Source: Camelus dromedarius
Lineage: Eukaryota
Assembly: GCF_036321535.1 (NCBI RefSeq)
Contig: NC_087436.1
Coordinates: 6,510,001 to 6,574,000, forward strand
Direction: 5' to 3'
DNA length: 64,000 bases
Part shown: positions 38,700 through 51,077 of the stretch, one piece after another
Numbering within the stretch: the first letter of the stretch is position 1
Layout: every line of letters starts with the position of its first letter
Notes under the pieces: model-generated
Told to the model about the DNA's origin: nothing
Seen by the model: only the letters and a program-made list of their open reading frames with translations
Database searches by the model: none
Made by a program: the position numbers and the translations under genes

Positions 38700-39035
38700 C
38701 TTTTCTTTTTAAGTTTTTTTAAAAACCCACTTTATTTAGCTATAATCCACATACCATACAATTTACCCATTTATAGTGCAAACTTCAGTGGTTTTCCTAT
38801 ATTCACAAATATGTGCGCCTATCACTGTGGTTTTATAAACTACTGATTTTAGAAGGTCTTCATCACCTCAAAAAGAAACCCCCATACTCTTCAGCTCTTA
38901 CCCCGCTGGCCGCCATCCGTTACCCTAGCCCTAAGAAGCCACTAGTCTACTTTCTCTGTATATAGATTTCCCCATTCTGGACGGTCGTATGAGTGCAGTC
39001 ATACAGAATGTGGTCTTTCGTGACTATCTTCTCTC
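38700..39035 (-). mobile_element. old LINE-1 3' end fragment
   Basis: tataatccacataccatacaatttacccattta...ttcatcacctcaaaaagaaacccc...ccactagtctactttctctg. Confidence 0.75.
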
Positions 39036-39451
39036 ACTCCTCACAGCCTCTTTGTGGCGAAGCTGCACTAAGTCCCCTGGCGAGCCTCTCACCTCATTTT
39101 GCTCCCCTTTACGCCTCTTGCCTTTGCACAAGCCATCTCCTCTGTGCAGAATCACTCCAGCCACGCTTGGCTTTGTGACATGTCTCCATCCAAGACTCTT
39201 CTCAACTGAGCCTCCTTTAGTTAAGACTTCCTGTCTCCTCACCCCTCCAAACTCCGTACCCCCAACCCCCAGCAGAGCCTGGTGTCTCCTCTGCTACAAA
39301 GTCAGGGCAACTGTCTGCTACATACACTCGCTTTTCCCTCTGTGACCACCTGCTCCCACGCTGTCTTCTTCTAAACCCAAAGCCCCTCGAAGAAAGGGAT
39401 CTGATACCTAGCACAGTGCTGTACAGTAGGTGCTCAAAAACAGTTTGCTCA

Positions 39452-39897
39452 ACTCAGCCATAAAAAAGAATAAAATAATTCCATTTGCATCAACATGGAT
39501 GGACCTGGAGATTGTCCATCCAAGTGAAGTAAGTCAGACAGAGAAAGAAAAATACCATATGACATCACTTATATGCAGAATCTAAAAAAACAAATGACAC
39601 AAAAGAACTTATTATGAAACAGAAAGACAGACATAGAAAACAAACTTACAGTTACCAGGGGTGAAGGGGGGTGGGAAGGGATAAACCGGGAGTAAAGGAT
39701 TTGCAGATACTAACTAGTATATATAAAATAGATGAATAACAAATTTCTATTGCATGGCACGAGGAACTATATTCAATACCTATAGTGAAAAAGAACATGA
39801 AAAGGAATATATGTATGTGTACATATGACTAAAACATGATGCTGGTCACCAGAAATTGATGCAACATTGTAAATTGACTATGTTTTGATTAAAAAAA
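39452..39897 (+). mobile_element. 5'-truncated LINE-1 3' end inserted in an L2 tail
   Basis: actcagccataaaaaagaa...3' UTR; flanked by L2-like ctagcacagtgc..gtaggtgctcaa and tgaataaatgaat. Confidence 0.85.
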
Positions 39898-40133
39898 TAA
39901 TTTGATGAATAAATGAATAGACAGAGTGATTGACTGATGGGTGGTTGGTTGATCAGTGGGAATTTAAAAACTAGACACAGAAAGGTAAGTGCTAAAGAAC
40001 TTTTAGAGACCAAAGGCAGGAAAATGACCGATGAGAACAGCATGTGAGAAACTTGAAAATGGGTGACTATTGTTCTTTTCCTTGTACTATTAGGAAGGTA
40101 ACAAATTTACTGGAGTCGTTTCTCTTTTTTCAG

Positions 40134-40205
40134 GTATCTCAGTCATAACAGGATAACCTTCTTGAAGCCAGGTGTTTTTGAAGATCTCCATAGACTAGAA
40201 TGGCT
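40134..40205 (+). CDS. RXFP1: RXFP1 exon 7 (LRR)
   Basis: cag|G...CT|gtatgt, 72 nt; YLSHNRITFLKPGVFEDLHRLEWL. Confidence 0.95.
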
Positions 40206-40294
40206 GTATGTTTATTTTGGGTGGCATTTCATAGTATTAGTTTTTATGTTCGAAAAAATATATAAATGAATCAATTTTTTCTTCTGGCCGGCAG

Positions 40295-40366
40295 GATAAT
40301 CGAAGATAATGCCCTCAATCGAATTTCCCCACTAACGTTTTATGGACTAAATTCTCTTATTCTCCT
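40295..40366 (+). CDS. RXFP1: RXFP1 exon 8 (LRR)
   Basis: cag|G...CT|gtaagt, 72 nt; IIEDNALNRISPLTFYGLNSLILL. Confidence 0.95.
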
Positions 40367-40435
40367 GTAAGTATTAAGAACGTAAGCAAATATTTCACTT
40401 GAAGGAAAAGACATGAATGAAAATTACTGCTTTAA

Positions 40436-40544
40436 AATGAATATGTGTGTGTGTGTGTATATTTATATGACTGGGACATTGTGCTATATACCAGAAATTG
40501 ACACATTGTAACTGGCTGTACTTCAATTAAAAAAAAAAGAAAAA
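40436..40544 (+). mobile_element. very short young LINE-1 3' end with perfect 17-bp TSD
   Basis: gaaaattactgctttaa at 40419-40435 and 40545-40561; A tail present. Confidence 0.92.
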
Positions 40545-41078
40545 GAAAATTACTGCTTTAAGTTTAATGGCATTAAATTTGGAATTAAAGCCCTACAAAG
40601 GCCTTTCAGCTAAAAACCATCTCTAATCATATTCTATGAGGCTATTTTGTGGTTCTAACCATTTTATAAGATCTTCTGTCTTCCAGAATGTCAGTTCATC
40701 AAAAATGAACACAGCCTCACTGACATATTATATTGGAATATTCTTAAGCAGACCAGAACTAGCCTGCCTATATTAATTTTGGTAAAGAAAAACCACCGTC
40801 ATTCAAAGTCACCTCCTTTCTGACTGCCCACTTATCGGAGGGCACAGCCTCTTTCCAGCTGCTGACCTACTGCTTTCTCCGCATGACAGCTACTTTGTCT
40901 GATTGCACTATTAACATGCGCTGAAATCTAACACAGCTTCTAGGAAAAGATTAAAGTGAGAAGACAACAACTTAGTGGATTTTCACCGTTTTGTAAGAAT
41001 CGTGATAAAATCGTGTTTGACGTAAGTTGAGAAAAGAAATGGGAAATGGGACTCTTCTCTGTTTCTCTTCTTTTTCAG

Positions 41079-41153
41079 AGCATTGATGAATAACGTCCTT
41101 ACCCGCCTGCCCAACAAGCCCCTTTGCCAGCACATGCCGAGACTGCACTGGCT
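41079..41153 (+). CDS. RXFP1: RXFP1 exon 9 (LRR)
   Basis: cag|A...CT|gtaagt, 75 nt; ALMNNVLTRLPNKPLCQHMPRLHWL. Confidence 0.95.
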
Positions 41154-41977
41154 GTAAGTTGCGGTCTCTCTCCCTTCAGGAGGCAACTGACTGTTCTGGG
41201 TTTGCCTAGCTTACTTCAGATGTTAGGTTTTCTTCCCAAAGGATGGTTGTTAATATTGTGTCACATTTCCTCAAATTTTCTTAGCATGATTTTTTTTTTT
41301 TATTAAGCATCCGTATTATCTAAACTAATGCCTCTAAACTCTCACCAAAGTAAAACATCTCAAAAAGAACCCAAAAATACTTTGGAGGCAGGGATTTCTG
41401 AAGTCCATCACAACAGAATATATTCCACAGAATTTTTCCCATAGTAGCTTTGCTTGTGGTGATTAGCACCATTCTACCTATGCAGAACTCAATTACCCAG
41501 TAAATGTGTCTATTTAAAACACAGATAACATGAAGAAATAAATCCAAAATAACAATTCAGTAAACTGCATATCTTGTGAAAATTCCCTCTGTCTCTCATT
41601 TCGTAGGAAGTTCCCAAAAGTTTGGTTGTTTGAGTTCTAAGCTCACAGCAGATTATAAGTGCCAAGTTAATAGTAGGAGGGGAAAGTTAGAGATGTTGAC
41701 TTTAGTGAGAAGTAGTAATTATCAACCTGATAGTAAAGCAGGAGCAAGAAGTGCTATAAAAAGCAAAAACAGTCATTCAAAACACACTAGTTTGGAACCA
41801 TATAGGGAACAGAAACAGCCCCCAAATCATTACAAAGTCCAGAGGGCATCTTGGTATGACAGTACAGTACCCTCACTGATGACAAACTAAGTCATCAAGG
41901 AAAGGGCAAATTAGGTTCAATGTAGCCTTTGTAGTGATGAAATTTTGATTCAAAAGAATTCATTAACAGTTATTACA

Positions 41978-42100
41978 AAGTGGGGAGGGTATAGCTCAGT
42001 GGTAGAGTGAGTGCCTAGCATGCATGAGGTCCTGGGTTCAATCCCCAGTACCTCCACTAAAAATAAATAGACTTAATTATCTCCTCCTCAGAATAAACAA
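41978..42100 (+). mobile_element. tRNA-derived SINE (camelid Vic-1-like) with perfect 18-bp TSD
   Basis: ggggagggtatagctcagtggtagag..gaggtcctgggttcaatccccagtacctcc; TSD tcattaacagttattaca at 41960-41977 and 42101-42118. Confidence 0.9.
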
Positions 42101-43149
42101 TCATTAACAGTTATTACATGCTCAGTAATCCAAACTTAGTAATGAAGTAAAATTGATCAATGTTTGCATAAGTAAATTAGCAAGTAAAAATTCATGCACT
42201 GAGACCAGAAGCAAATGTGGCAGGTACTACACACATACAATAATAAATCTTTACTTTGCTTTTAAAAAGGCAGCCATATGTACATTTCAGATTAAAATAA
42301 AAATGATTAGAATTTATTACTAAAGAGGTGGACTTTTAAATATTTCATTACTAAAATTATAATCTTTAAATTTTAGCTCTCCAAAACAAATCATTCCACA
42401 TGTATTCCTGATGGTGAACATTATTCCAATCTTAATGCTAGTAATAATTATTTTTTGCTTTGTAAGTATTCATTTTTAAAAATTAATTACAATAGTTCTA
42501 CCTTGCACACGAACTTTTGTTTAGTAAAGTATCAACTAGAAAATCTGATAGATGTGTTGGCAAAAATTTTTTTAACTATGATTAAGTGGAAAGATATAAG
42601 TGAAATAAAAAGACATATGGCAGCCCAGGATAATATACTTGCAAGATATATGACAGACAACAGATTAAAACCTTTTATATAAATTTTATATATTTATATA
42701 TATTTTTACATGTGCTTAAAACTTTTTATTGTTCTTTCAAAGCAATAAATAAAACTATAAACACAACAATAAAAGTTGTGAAATTCAAAAAGGAAGAAAT
42801 ATAAGTAATAAATAAGCAGATGGGAAAATAGCCAAAGGTGAGCTAAAGATCAAGAGAATAAAGTAAATTTAATTTTAGGATGAGACTAAGCAAGTTTATA
42901 TATAGGCAGAAGGAGCTGATATAAAGAATTTGAAAATACAGAAAACAAGGATACATTATGGAGCAAGGTCCTGGAAACCATGGAAATGATGGACAAATAA
43001 AATGTGATACACATGCGGGCTCAATGAAGATGAGTGAACTCCTCGCTTCAATCAGCATGGCTCAACGTCAAGACCATAATGTAAAATATAATATAAAGAA
43101 AAAGTCACAGAAGAGTATGTATCGTATATTACAATCCCACATTCCAACA

Positions 43150-46100
43150 ATACTGCTAAAGGTATAGAAAGTCACAAGACATCACTGCTCCCTCTACCAA
43201 TGAGAAAGAACTTTGTAATCTACACAATCAGGATTTTCTCAAGCCCGTCAGAGAGCTACAGTAGTAAGGCAAGCAAGTGAACTGAATCCTAAGGAGTGAC
43301 AAGGAGAGATGGGACATACACAACGTTTCATCTTTGGCAGAGCACAGGGTGAAGAATTGACCGTCATGGAGCAGGTACAAAGAAACTAGCTAAAATTTCA
43401 ATAAACCTGTGAAGGTTAAGTGTGGGCTTATGTAAAATTTTGGAATAACTGGGAACCCACACTCAAGCGGAGCCAGCTACTCCCACCAGATTCTTCTCCT
43501 CTGGTCTCCCCCAGCTCACAAGAGAAGATGGGAGCAGGTAAGGAAACCAGAGAGAGTCCTCCTTGGTGGACAGGGGCACAAACCCACCTTCTTCCCTAGA
43601 CTCTTTCCTCTTATGAATAAAAGCTTTATGCCACCAGGAGAGCGACAGAAAGTCCTCCTGCAGCCAGGGACCAGGCAGAGATCTACTGCTTCCAAAGGAG
43701 CATCAGAAGGGAAAGCTGTCTGCTCCAGTGGTAGGGGCAGATAAACCTCTCCAGCCCAGCACTCTGCCCTGTTACAAAGTAGTGGGTGATGCTCACTTGG
43801 GTTGGGGCATCTGGGGTATGGGGGACAGCAATACTGAGAAAGCCCTATCCCTAAAAGAGCAAGAAAAACATTCCACTGTCAAATTATTGTGCAATCAACA
43901 GAACCAGACCCAGAGATAGCTCAAATGTTACAACTACCAAACAAGGAAATTAAAATTAAAATACTAATGATTTATCAGTTAAACAGTTTAGTGGAAAAGG
44001 TGGTCCATATAGATGAACACATGGGAAATGTCTGCAAAGAGAGGGAAGCTGTTAAAGTGAATCAGAGAATTACTTCGACAGGTATAGCAGCAGACTGAAC
44101 ACAACTGAGGAAAGAATCAATGACCTTGAAGATAGGCCGACAGAAGGCTCTCATTTGAATTAAAAGGACAGAACAGAGAATCCCGAAGTTGTGGGATAAC
44201 ATAAGATTGTCTAAAAATGTGTAAAAGGAGTCACAGAAAAAAGAAAGAGAGAGGGAGGGAAATCAGGACAGATGATGTTACCAAGCCAAATTTGGGTCCA
44301 CTCGCCTGATGCACAGTAAAGCCAATGCACTGACACTGGGTTGTGGTGAAGGAAAGTACAGTGTTTATTGCAGGTGCCAAACAAGGAGAATGGGCAGAGC
44401 ATGCTCAAAAGACACAAACTCCCTGATGGCTTTCAGGGAAGGGCTTTTCAAGGCAAGATGAGGGAGGCAGTCACAGAGTGTGTGATCAGCTTGTGAACAT
44501 TCTTCTAATTGGTTGGTGGTAAGGTAACTGGGTGGTATTTTGGGAATCTTATTCATCAGCCTTCTGGTTCCCATCAGTCTGGGGTCTACGTGCTAGTGGT
44601 CAGCACAAAGTTAACTTCTCCCACCTGGTGGGGGTTTCAGTATCTGAAAATGACTCAAGGATGCAGCTCAGGATATCATCTCTAGCCCCCGAGGAGGAAC
44701 TAAAGACCCTTGACTTTGTCTTATGGCTAAACTATTATTATTTTGACTGTTTTTCTTTGTTTCTGCATTTTCTCATTTTCCTGATTAAATCTTCTCTTTG
44801 GAACTTGGGGAAGGCCTAGGAGGCTGAAGCTTTCCTACAAACAAGAGGCAGGTCAGGGGACACAGGGGGCTTGTCTCACAGGGTCCTGCTTAGTTTCAGA
44901 GAAGTACCTGGAGAGAGAATGACCAAGAATTTTCTAAAATTAATAGAATACAACAAACCAAAAATCTAAGAACCTCAGAAAAAAACAAGCAGAAGTAGAA
45001 AAGGAAAAAAAAAAAACTGGACAAATCAGTCAAACTGGTGAAAACCAAAGATAAAGAAAAAACCTTGGGGCAACCAGAAAAAATGGAGATACTACACACT
45101 GTAAAATGAAGATAAGAAGTGCAACACTAATTTTTTTTAAGCTGGAGGGACTGTGTTAGTATTAGGAAAAAATAGACTTCTGAACAAAGACTATCACCAG
45201 CGATAAAGAGAGATAACATGTAAGATAAAGGGGTCAATTCGGCAAGAGGACATAATAATCTTAGATGGGTGAGCAGTCTCAAAATGAATGAAGTGGAAAC
45301 CACAGAACCATAAAAATAGAATAGCTAGGAGTCAAGAGATGTCACTTAAAACTAACAGATCTACCAATATGTGGATATTTGATATTCTTAAGGTGAACAC
45401 TAATAAATAGCATGTAATTGATCAAAATCCTGTGGTGGGAGAGAGAGAAGAACAGAAAGGAAGACAATATATACTAATTTCATCACTTCTTTTAATAGGA
45501 AATTAATGAGTACTAGTGTTATTCTCTAAGAAGGAGAAGATACAGTCTATTGGGTAGTTATCAAGATAACCAATAGAATATTCAGCCTTTTTAAATATTG
45601 GAAGAAGTAAAAATTTTAAGCCATTTGTTGAAAGATTTTTAACCTATAAATATAGCAACCAATATCTATATAATATATAGGTTATAATACGTATAAACAT
45701 AGCAACCTGTAAATATAATAATATTTTTAAATAGCAGGTTACGGTCAGTTATATTAGTCATATCAATAAATATAAGTGGACTAAATTCATCTACTAAAGA
45801 CAAAAAAGGACTTTCAAATTGGCTTCTAAAGTAAAACCTAACTCAGGACTATTAACCAAAACATTGCAACTATAAGTGATTAAGAGGGATTAAAAATAAA
45901 AGGCTGCTCAAAAGTATGCCATGTACATGCAAACAAACAAACAAACAAAACACAGGCGTCGTATATTTTTGGCCAAGTAGGCAGAATTCTGGCCAACAGC
46001 ACAAAGAAGGGCATTTAAACACTATAGTGTGCAATTTCCAATATGAGATATTACATTAGGAGTATACGTGCCCCAAAGAGATTCAGACAGCAACCAAAAC

Positions 46101-46220
46101 AAAAGGAAAAATAGACACACAGTGGTAAGAGATAGTAATCCACCTCTTCCAGTCCATGAAAGATAAGTGAAACCGAAAGAGGATATGGAGAACTAAATAC
46201 ATAATTAATAAGCTAACACT
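43150..46220 (+). mobile_element. old degenerate LINE-1 (5' region/ORF1/ORF2 start) interrupted by an LTR
   Basis: ORF1-like gaggaaagaatcaatgaccttgaagatagg and tgtgggataacataa; ORF2-like gataaaggggtcaattc..caagaggacataataatc; boundaries approximate. Confidence 0.6.
44276..44898 (-). mobile_element. solo ERV LTR (~623 bp)
   Basis: TG...CA termini (tgttacc / gtttca); minus-strand AATAAA at 44364-44369; CCAAT-like attggttgg at ~44508. Confidence 0.8.
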
Positions 46221-46234
46221 GATCCACACCAAAC

Positions 46235-46695
46235 TGCGATGTCCCTTCTCAACAACAGAACCGGTTTACTTGGGGAAATGTGCCCAGCTAAAATACTGCA
46301 TTCCCAGCCTCCCTGCATGGAGAGGAGCCTAGTGACTGAGCCCTAACTAATGAGGGGGAAGAATTATGTGTGGAACTTCCAGGAAATCTCCTTGAAAAGA
46401 AACAGGCAGACCCTTCCCCTCTTTGCTCATCCAGAAAAAAAATGGATGCGATGGCTTGAGTTTTAGCAACATTTTGGACCATGAAGACAAGGACATGTGA
46501 ACAGTGAATATGAAAGATTTTAGGTTTCTAACAACTTTGTAAAATTCCCAGACTTGCCTTGAATTACCTAACCCTAGTTTTCTTTAATTGAAACAAACAA
46601 ACAAACAAACAAACAAAAAAACCCTTGTGTAGCTATGCTGTTTTAGTTGGGTCTCTGTTGTATGCACCTGAACCTAAAAATCCCAATAAATATAA
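46235..46695 (+). mobile_element. MaLR (MLT1-like) LTR
   Basis: cattcccagcctccctgca..gtgactgag, gcaacattttggaccatga, tctgttgtatgcacctgaac motifs. Confidence 0.7.
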
Positions 46696-47557
46696 ACCTG
46701 ATAGTGAAGAATGCCCAAAGACATTCACCAAAATTGATCATATATTTTAAGATACATATGTTCACAAACCAAACTCATGACACACAGGATTAGCCTAAAG
46801 CAGGATGTGGGTCATAGCTTCCTCTGAGAATAGGAGACCAGATGCACATACAGGTAAGTTACAGATGTCGGGCAGAAGGGCAAAGGCTTTTCCATCCTTC
46901 ATCACCTCAGTTTTCTCTATGAGGTAGGAACCAGAGATGTCTAAAGAAGGCAGGTGAGGAAGCAGACATAGGGGAGGTTTGCATGTTTAGAGCGCCACCA
47001 GGGGATAAGAGAGGAAGTGGAGAGGGAACAGGTGAGATTATTGGTGTTTTTGTTTTTTGTTATCGTTTTTCAGATACAAGCACATTTTTCATTTTCAGCC
47101 AGTTCTGCCTTGTATAAAGGGGAAAATAAAATGGTTAGGTTCAGAGGCTCATTCAGTTGGAAAAGTGGTCCAGACATGAAGTAAGCAAAACATGCTCTCA
47201 GGTCCCGGATTGCTGGGAGCTCTGGAACAAGGAGCGGATTTGTATGCCTCGGGTAACACTTGTGCGGCAAGCCAGATCTCTCCATCTCAGGGACAAAAAC
47301 CTCTAATTTTAGGAAGAAAGCCAAAGCAAATTCACAAAGGTGAAAATAAACTCAGCATTAAATTTTAACAGTTTAATCAAAAGTCCCTAATTTATGCCTC
47401 AAGGTGTGCTTCTTAGTGATTTTTACAAATTAGTGAATTAAGAGCAACTGAAATATTTTTGCTACCTTAACAGAAAAAAAAAAAAAAAAGGTTTCACAAG
47501 TAGTTAACAAGAAAAGAACATCAACGCACCTAAAGCTATTTTGTGAGGCTTAGGCGA

Positions 47558-47577
47558 GCGTCACCACCTGGTGGCAG
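47558..47577 (-). promoter_or_regulatory. candidate CTCF site
   Basis: Minus strand reads CTGCCACCAGGTGGTGACGC, close to the CTCF core consensus. Confidence 0.5.
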
Positions 47578-47829
47578 ATTCGTAGCAACAACAAAATTGG
47601 GGAAAGAAAGAAGGTCTCTTGTCATTGACAACATACCATTTATAGGAGACCAAAAAGCCTTAGCCAAACCTAACAACCAAAAAAAGTAGTACTGTAGGTG
47701 TCCAACTTAATAGAGTAATAGATGTTTTTCTTTCGAAGGATGATCTAGAGTCAAGGTGTAAGATTTTAATACAATATTCCATACAGTACAGAAATCCTGT
47801 CTACAAAACCTCTGAGTTACGATAAATGC

Positions 47830-48170
47830 CCCTGCTAAGTCACTCTAGCGGTGGGAAGCTCATTCTCCGGACCCCATTGACTGTGAGCGTAAATTTGAAA
47901 TGTTTTGGGTCCTTCAACCAGTCAATCTAATTTTGCAATCTGATGCAACAGAGAAAAACCCATCCCTGACTTCAAATATAGCTCTCTGGCTTGCTCCTCT
48001 CTGTTATAAACATGCCTATTTCATTGACATCCCATTGACTTGATCTCTAGAACCCTTACATCCGGACAGACTTTGATTTGTCAGCATCTATTTTTCCTGC
48101 AGTGCCAAAACAGAACTGACTATCCCAGATGTAGCCTGGCCAGCAGAATACAGGCACTTCTGTTAATGCT
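47830..48170 (-). mobile_element. L3/CR1-like ancient LINE fragment
   Basis: ctctagcggtgggaagctca and cagaactga..cccagatgtagcctggccagcaga resemble antisense L3. Confidence 0.45.
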
Positions 48171-48783
48171 CCTCAAGTTTCCCTTACAGATTTGAGCAGT
48201 CGTGTCACCCTTCAGCTCCCGTACTTTAGTCACAGTTGTTCCTGAATGGCTCTCTGCTGGATGGTGACCAGTAGGCTCAGTGTGGGGGCAGACTGAGTAG
48301 ACTGAAGACCAGCATCTACTTCTGAAAGTGTATCCCTAAGCCCAGCTAACCCTGTTCTACAAACTTCCACTGTGAACGAACGATACCATAAAAGACGGGC
48401 AATAGAGGAACACGTTTGTGATAACCATGCAGAAGAGACGATCACACATAAACTTTCTGGCAAATTTTGCTGCTCAGACCAGACTCCTGTTGGTGACCTG
48501 CGATCACACAGCAAGGGGCCTGGAGGAGGGTCTGCACGCACGCCCTGAAGTGGGAGTGCAGCACCAAGGACAGCGTCTGCCCTGGCCGGGGTGGCCATGT
48601 ACTAAAGCAACTGGAGGGGTTCTCAGTGGTCCAGGGCTATTGAGAATGTTTCTCTACGGAGCGTTTGGGCAAAGGAGGTGGAGGTTAAATATCGTCTGGG
48701 CAGTAGCATCCTCTGTAGCAAAGAGATTCATATCACTTAGTGAAACGCCATTGGTTAACTCTGGACAGATGTTTCATACAGAT

Positions 48784-48800
48784 CACCACTAGATGTCTGT
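48784..48800 (+). promoter_or_regulatory. candidate CTCF site
   Basis: CACCACTAGATGTCTGT resembles CCACTAGATGGC. Confidence 0.4.
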
Positions 48801-49052
48801 TTACAAAGCTGGTATTTACCATAACAAATGTTTTTAATGTGATTTTTTAAAACCTTTTTACATTAACACAGAACAAAAGAGGCATTATATTATACAATTT
48901 CAGGTGTTATGTAAGTGGCCACCATGTGAGAATCTATAGGAAATAAACAGTATGTGAAAAATGATATTTTAGCAGAAATCAAATAATTCTTAACCAATTT
49001 ATTTGTCTATGATTAAAACTTAGCTTTCTCATTTTTGATTTTTCTATTTCAG

Positions 49053-49124
49053 GGACTTTGAAGGCAACCATATCCATAATTTAAGAAATTTGACTTTTAT
49101 TTCCTGCAGTAACTTAACTGTTTT
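49053..49124 (+). CDS. RXFP1: RXFP1 exon 10 (LRR)
   Basis: cag|G...TT|gtaagt, 72 nt; DFEGNHIHNLRNLTFISCSNLTVL. Confidence 0.95.
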
Positions 49125-51005
49125 GTAAGTAATGTTTTGTCCTTTGGAAGTAATGTTATATCTCTTTACAAACAAAATGAATCATTTGTGTGAGTATAAT
49201 CTAGCATAAACATGCAAAGTAATTACAGCAAATGTTCCCACTCAGCTTGAAGTTTTTTGAAACTGAAGCACAATGGCAAAATTATTGAAGTTCAAACCAG
49301 GCATAACCACAGAGTCACAACATATAGGAATCAATCATCACAATGACACTGTATCACATGAGACCTGTTTTTCTCAAACTTAAGTAATTCCCAACTTAAT
49401 GGAACGAATTTCTCATAAACCACCTAGAAACTATCCTTGGATCTCAGTTTGAGAAATACTAAGTTAAAGTCCTAAACTGTAAGAATTATTACTGCAAAGA
49501 TTGGGGAGAAGTTAATTGTAATTTTGAAAAATTGCGGAGTATTCACATCCCTGAGGATGTAACTGTGGACACCAGGATAAACCTTAGGATGTCACCGAGT
49601 CTAATTTCTCCTTATGCCTCTCTGACTTATGTTAAATTCACGTTGCCTCTTCCTGAAAGTGAAGGATGCTGGGGCTTCCTTCAATTTAAAAATACAACTG
49701 CTCCTTCGCAGTTTATTCTTCCAGAAGAGTATTTTTCAAACTGTGGGTCGAAGTTCACAAGTGGATGATAAAAACAATATACTATGTCCTAAGCCACATT
49801 ATTTAAATGAAATTGCATTGAATAAAAATCTCAGAGTGCAACTGAGATAATTAAATGTGTTGTTTCATGACTCTGGGGTTGTGTGGGTGTATGTTATGTC
49901 TCAATGTAAAATGCATTTTTCTAACTGTAGGTTACCGTGGGAAAAGTTTGAAAATCATACTAGAATGCACAGAACCCCTGTGTAGGCAATGCAATAGCTA
50001 CCACTGATACAATGATGTTTCTCCAATTACGCCCCCTCCCCGCCCATTCCAACGGGCTCAAAGCCACTGAGATGCTTGAACTTTTCTGCGGTGAGTTCAG
50101 CAGTCTTCAGATGCAGGCTTCTCTCCCTTAGTCATGCAAAACGGTTCATAGTAATTACCCAAAGAAAACCGAATTGCACTGAAAGGGCATAGACCAAACA
50201 GATACTTAGAAACCGCAGCACTTCTTTTCTGTTGCACTTGTATTTGTTTTCAAGGAAACCTGTGTATGAAGCAGTCATTTGTGAGTTTCCTCTTGGCAGG
50301 TGCCTGGGCTTGTCTGGTCCAGGGAGACTGGGAGAAAATGGTGATGGCTTGGAGTGCTGGGAGGAAATAAATACTTCAGGATGGGACGAGGCCAACTTCC
50401 AGGCATGTCCCACGATGTTGCAAGAACTGGAAATCCTTTCAAAGTTTTTCTGAGTTAGTCCTTTATGCTGGCTCATAAAACGGGATCAGTGCAGCAATGA
50501 ACTGTCAGGAGGTACAGTCTGACTTGACATCCCAAAGGAGAGGTCTTCTGAGCTGGTCCAGCTTAGACTTCCTCCGGCATCTCCACCCAGAATCACATCA
50601 ACTGCCAAACGAGCATGCGTGCTACTGTTGAGGGGGCGGAGCGTTTTGTTAGAGAGGTGTGCCCCGCAGAGGGCAGGGGCGGCTGAGACAGCTCCCCGTG
50701 CTCTTCGCTGTGCGACAGTCTGGATTTGCGAGAGCCAAGTTCTTCCCTATTTCCCCTGCCGAGTTCTTCCCTGCTTCACTTAAAAATTCCAAAAATATTT
50801 TATTTTTATCATAACTAAAAGATCTGGGAAATTTAAGATTAAAATTAGATTGGGTAATTTATCATGCTACTACTTCAAAGGATCTTGATGTGAAAATGCA
50901 CTACATATAATTATCTTTGTTTTTGCAGGCTGTTAATCTCCTCTCCAATGACTCATTTATCTGTTACCCCCAGAAGCTACAACAGATTTTTCTTTTTACT
51001 TTCAG

Positions 51006-51077
51006 GGTAATGACGAAGAACAAAATTAATTACCTAAATGAAAACACGCTTGCACCTCTCCAGAAACTACATGAATT
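51006..51077 (+). CDS. RXFP1: RXFP1 exon 11 (LRR)
   Basis: cag|G...TT|gtaagt, 72 nt; VMTKNKINYLNENTLAPLQKLHEL. Confidence 0.95.

Noticed and set aside
35274..40140. AG|GT at the starts of exons 5, 6 and 7 as recursive splice sites
   Set aside because: The following bases (gtcgct, gtgtct, gtatct) are poor donor matches and are explained by coding constraints.
41981..42056. tRNA gene
   Set aside because: A and B boxes are present, but it has a SINE tail, an 18-bp TSD and diverged sister copies, so it is a tRNA-derived SINE.
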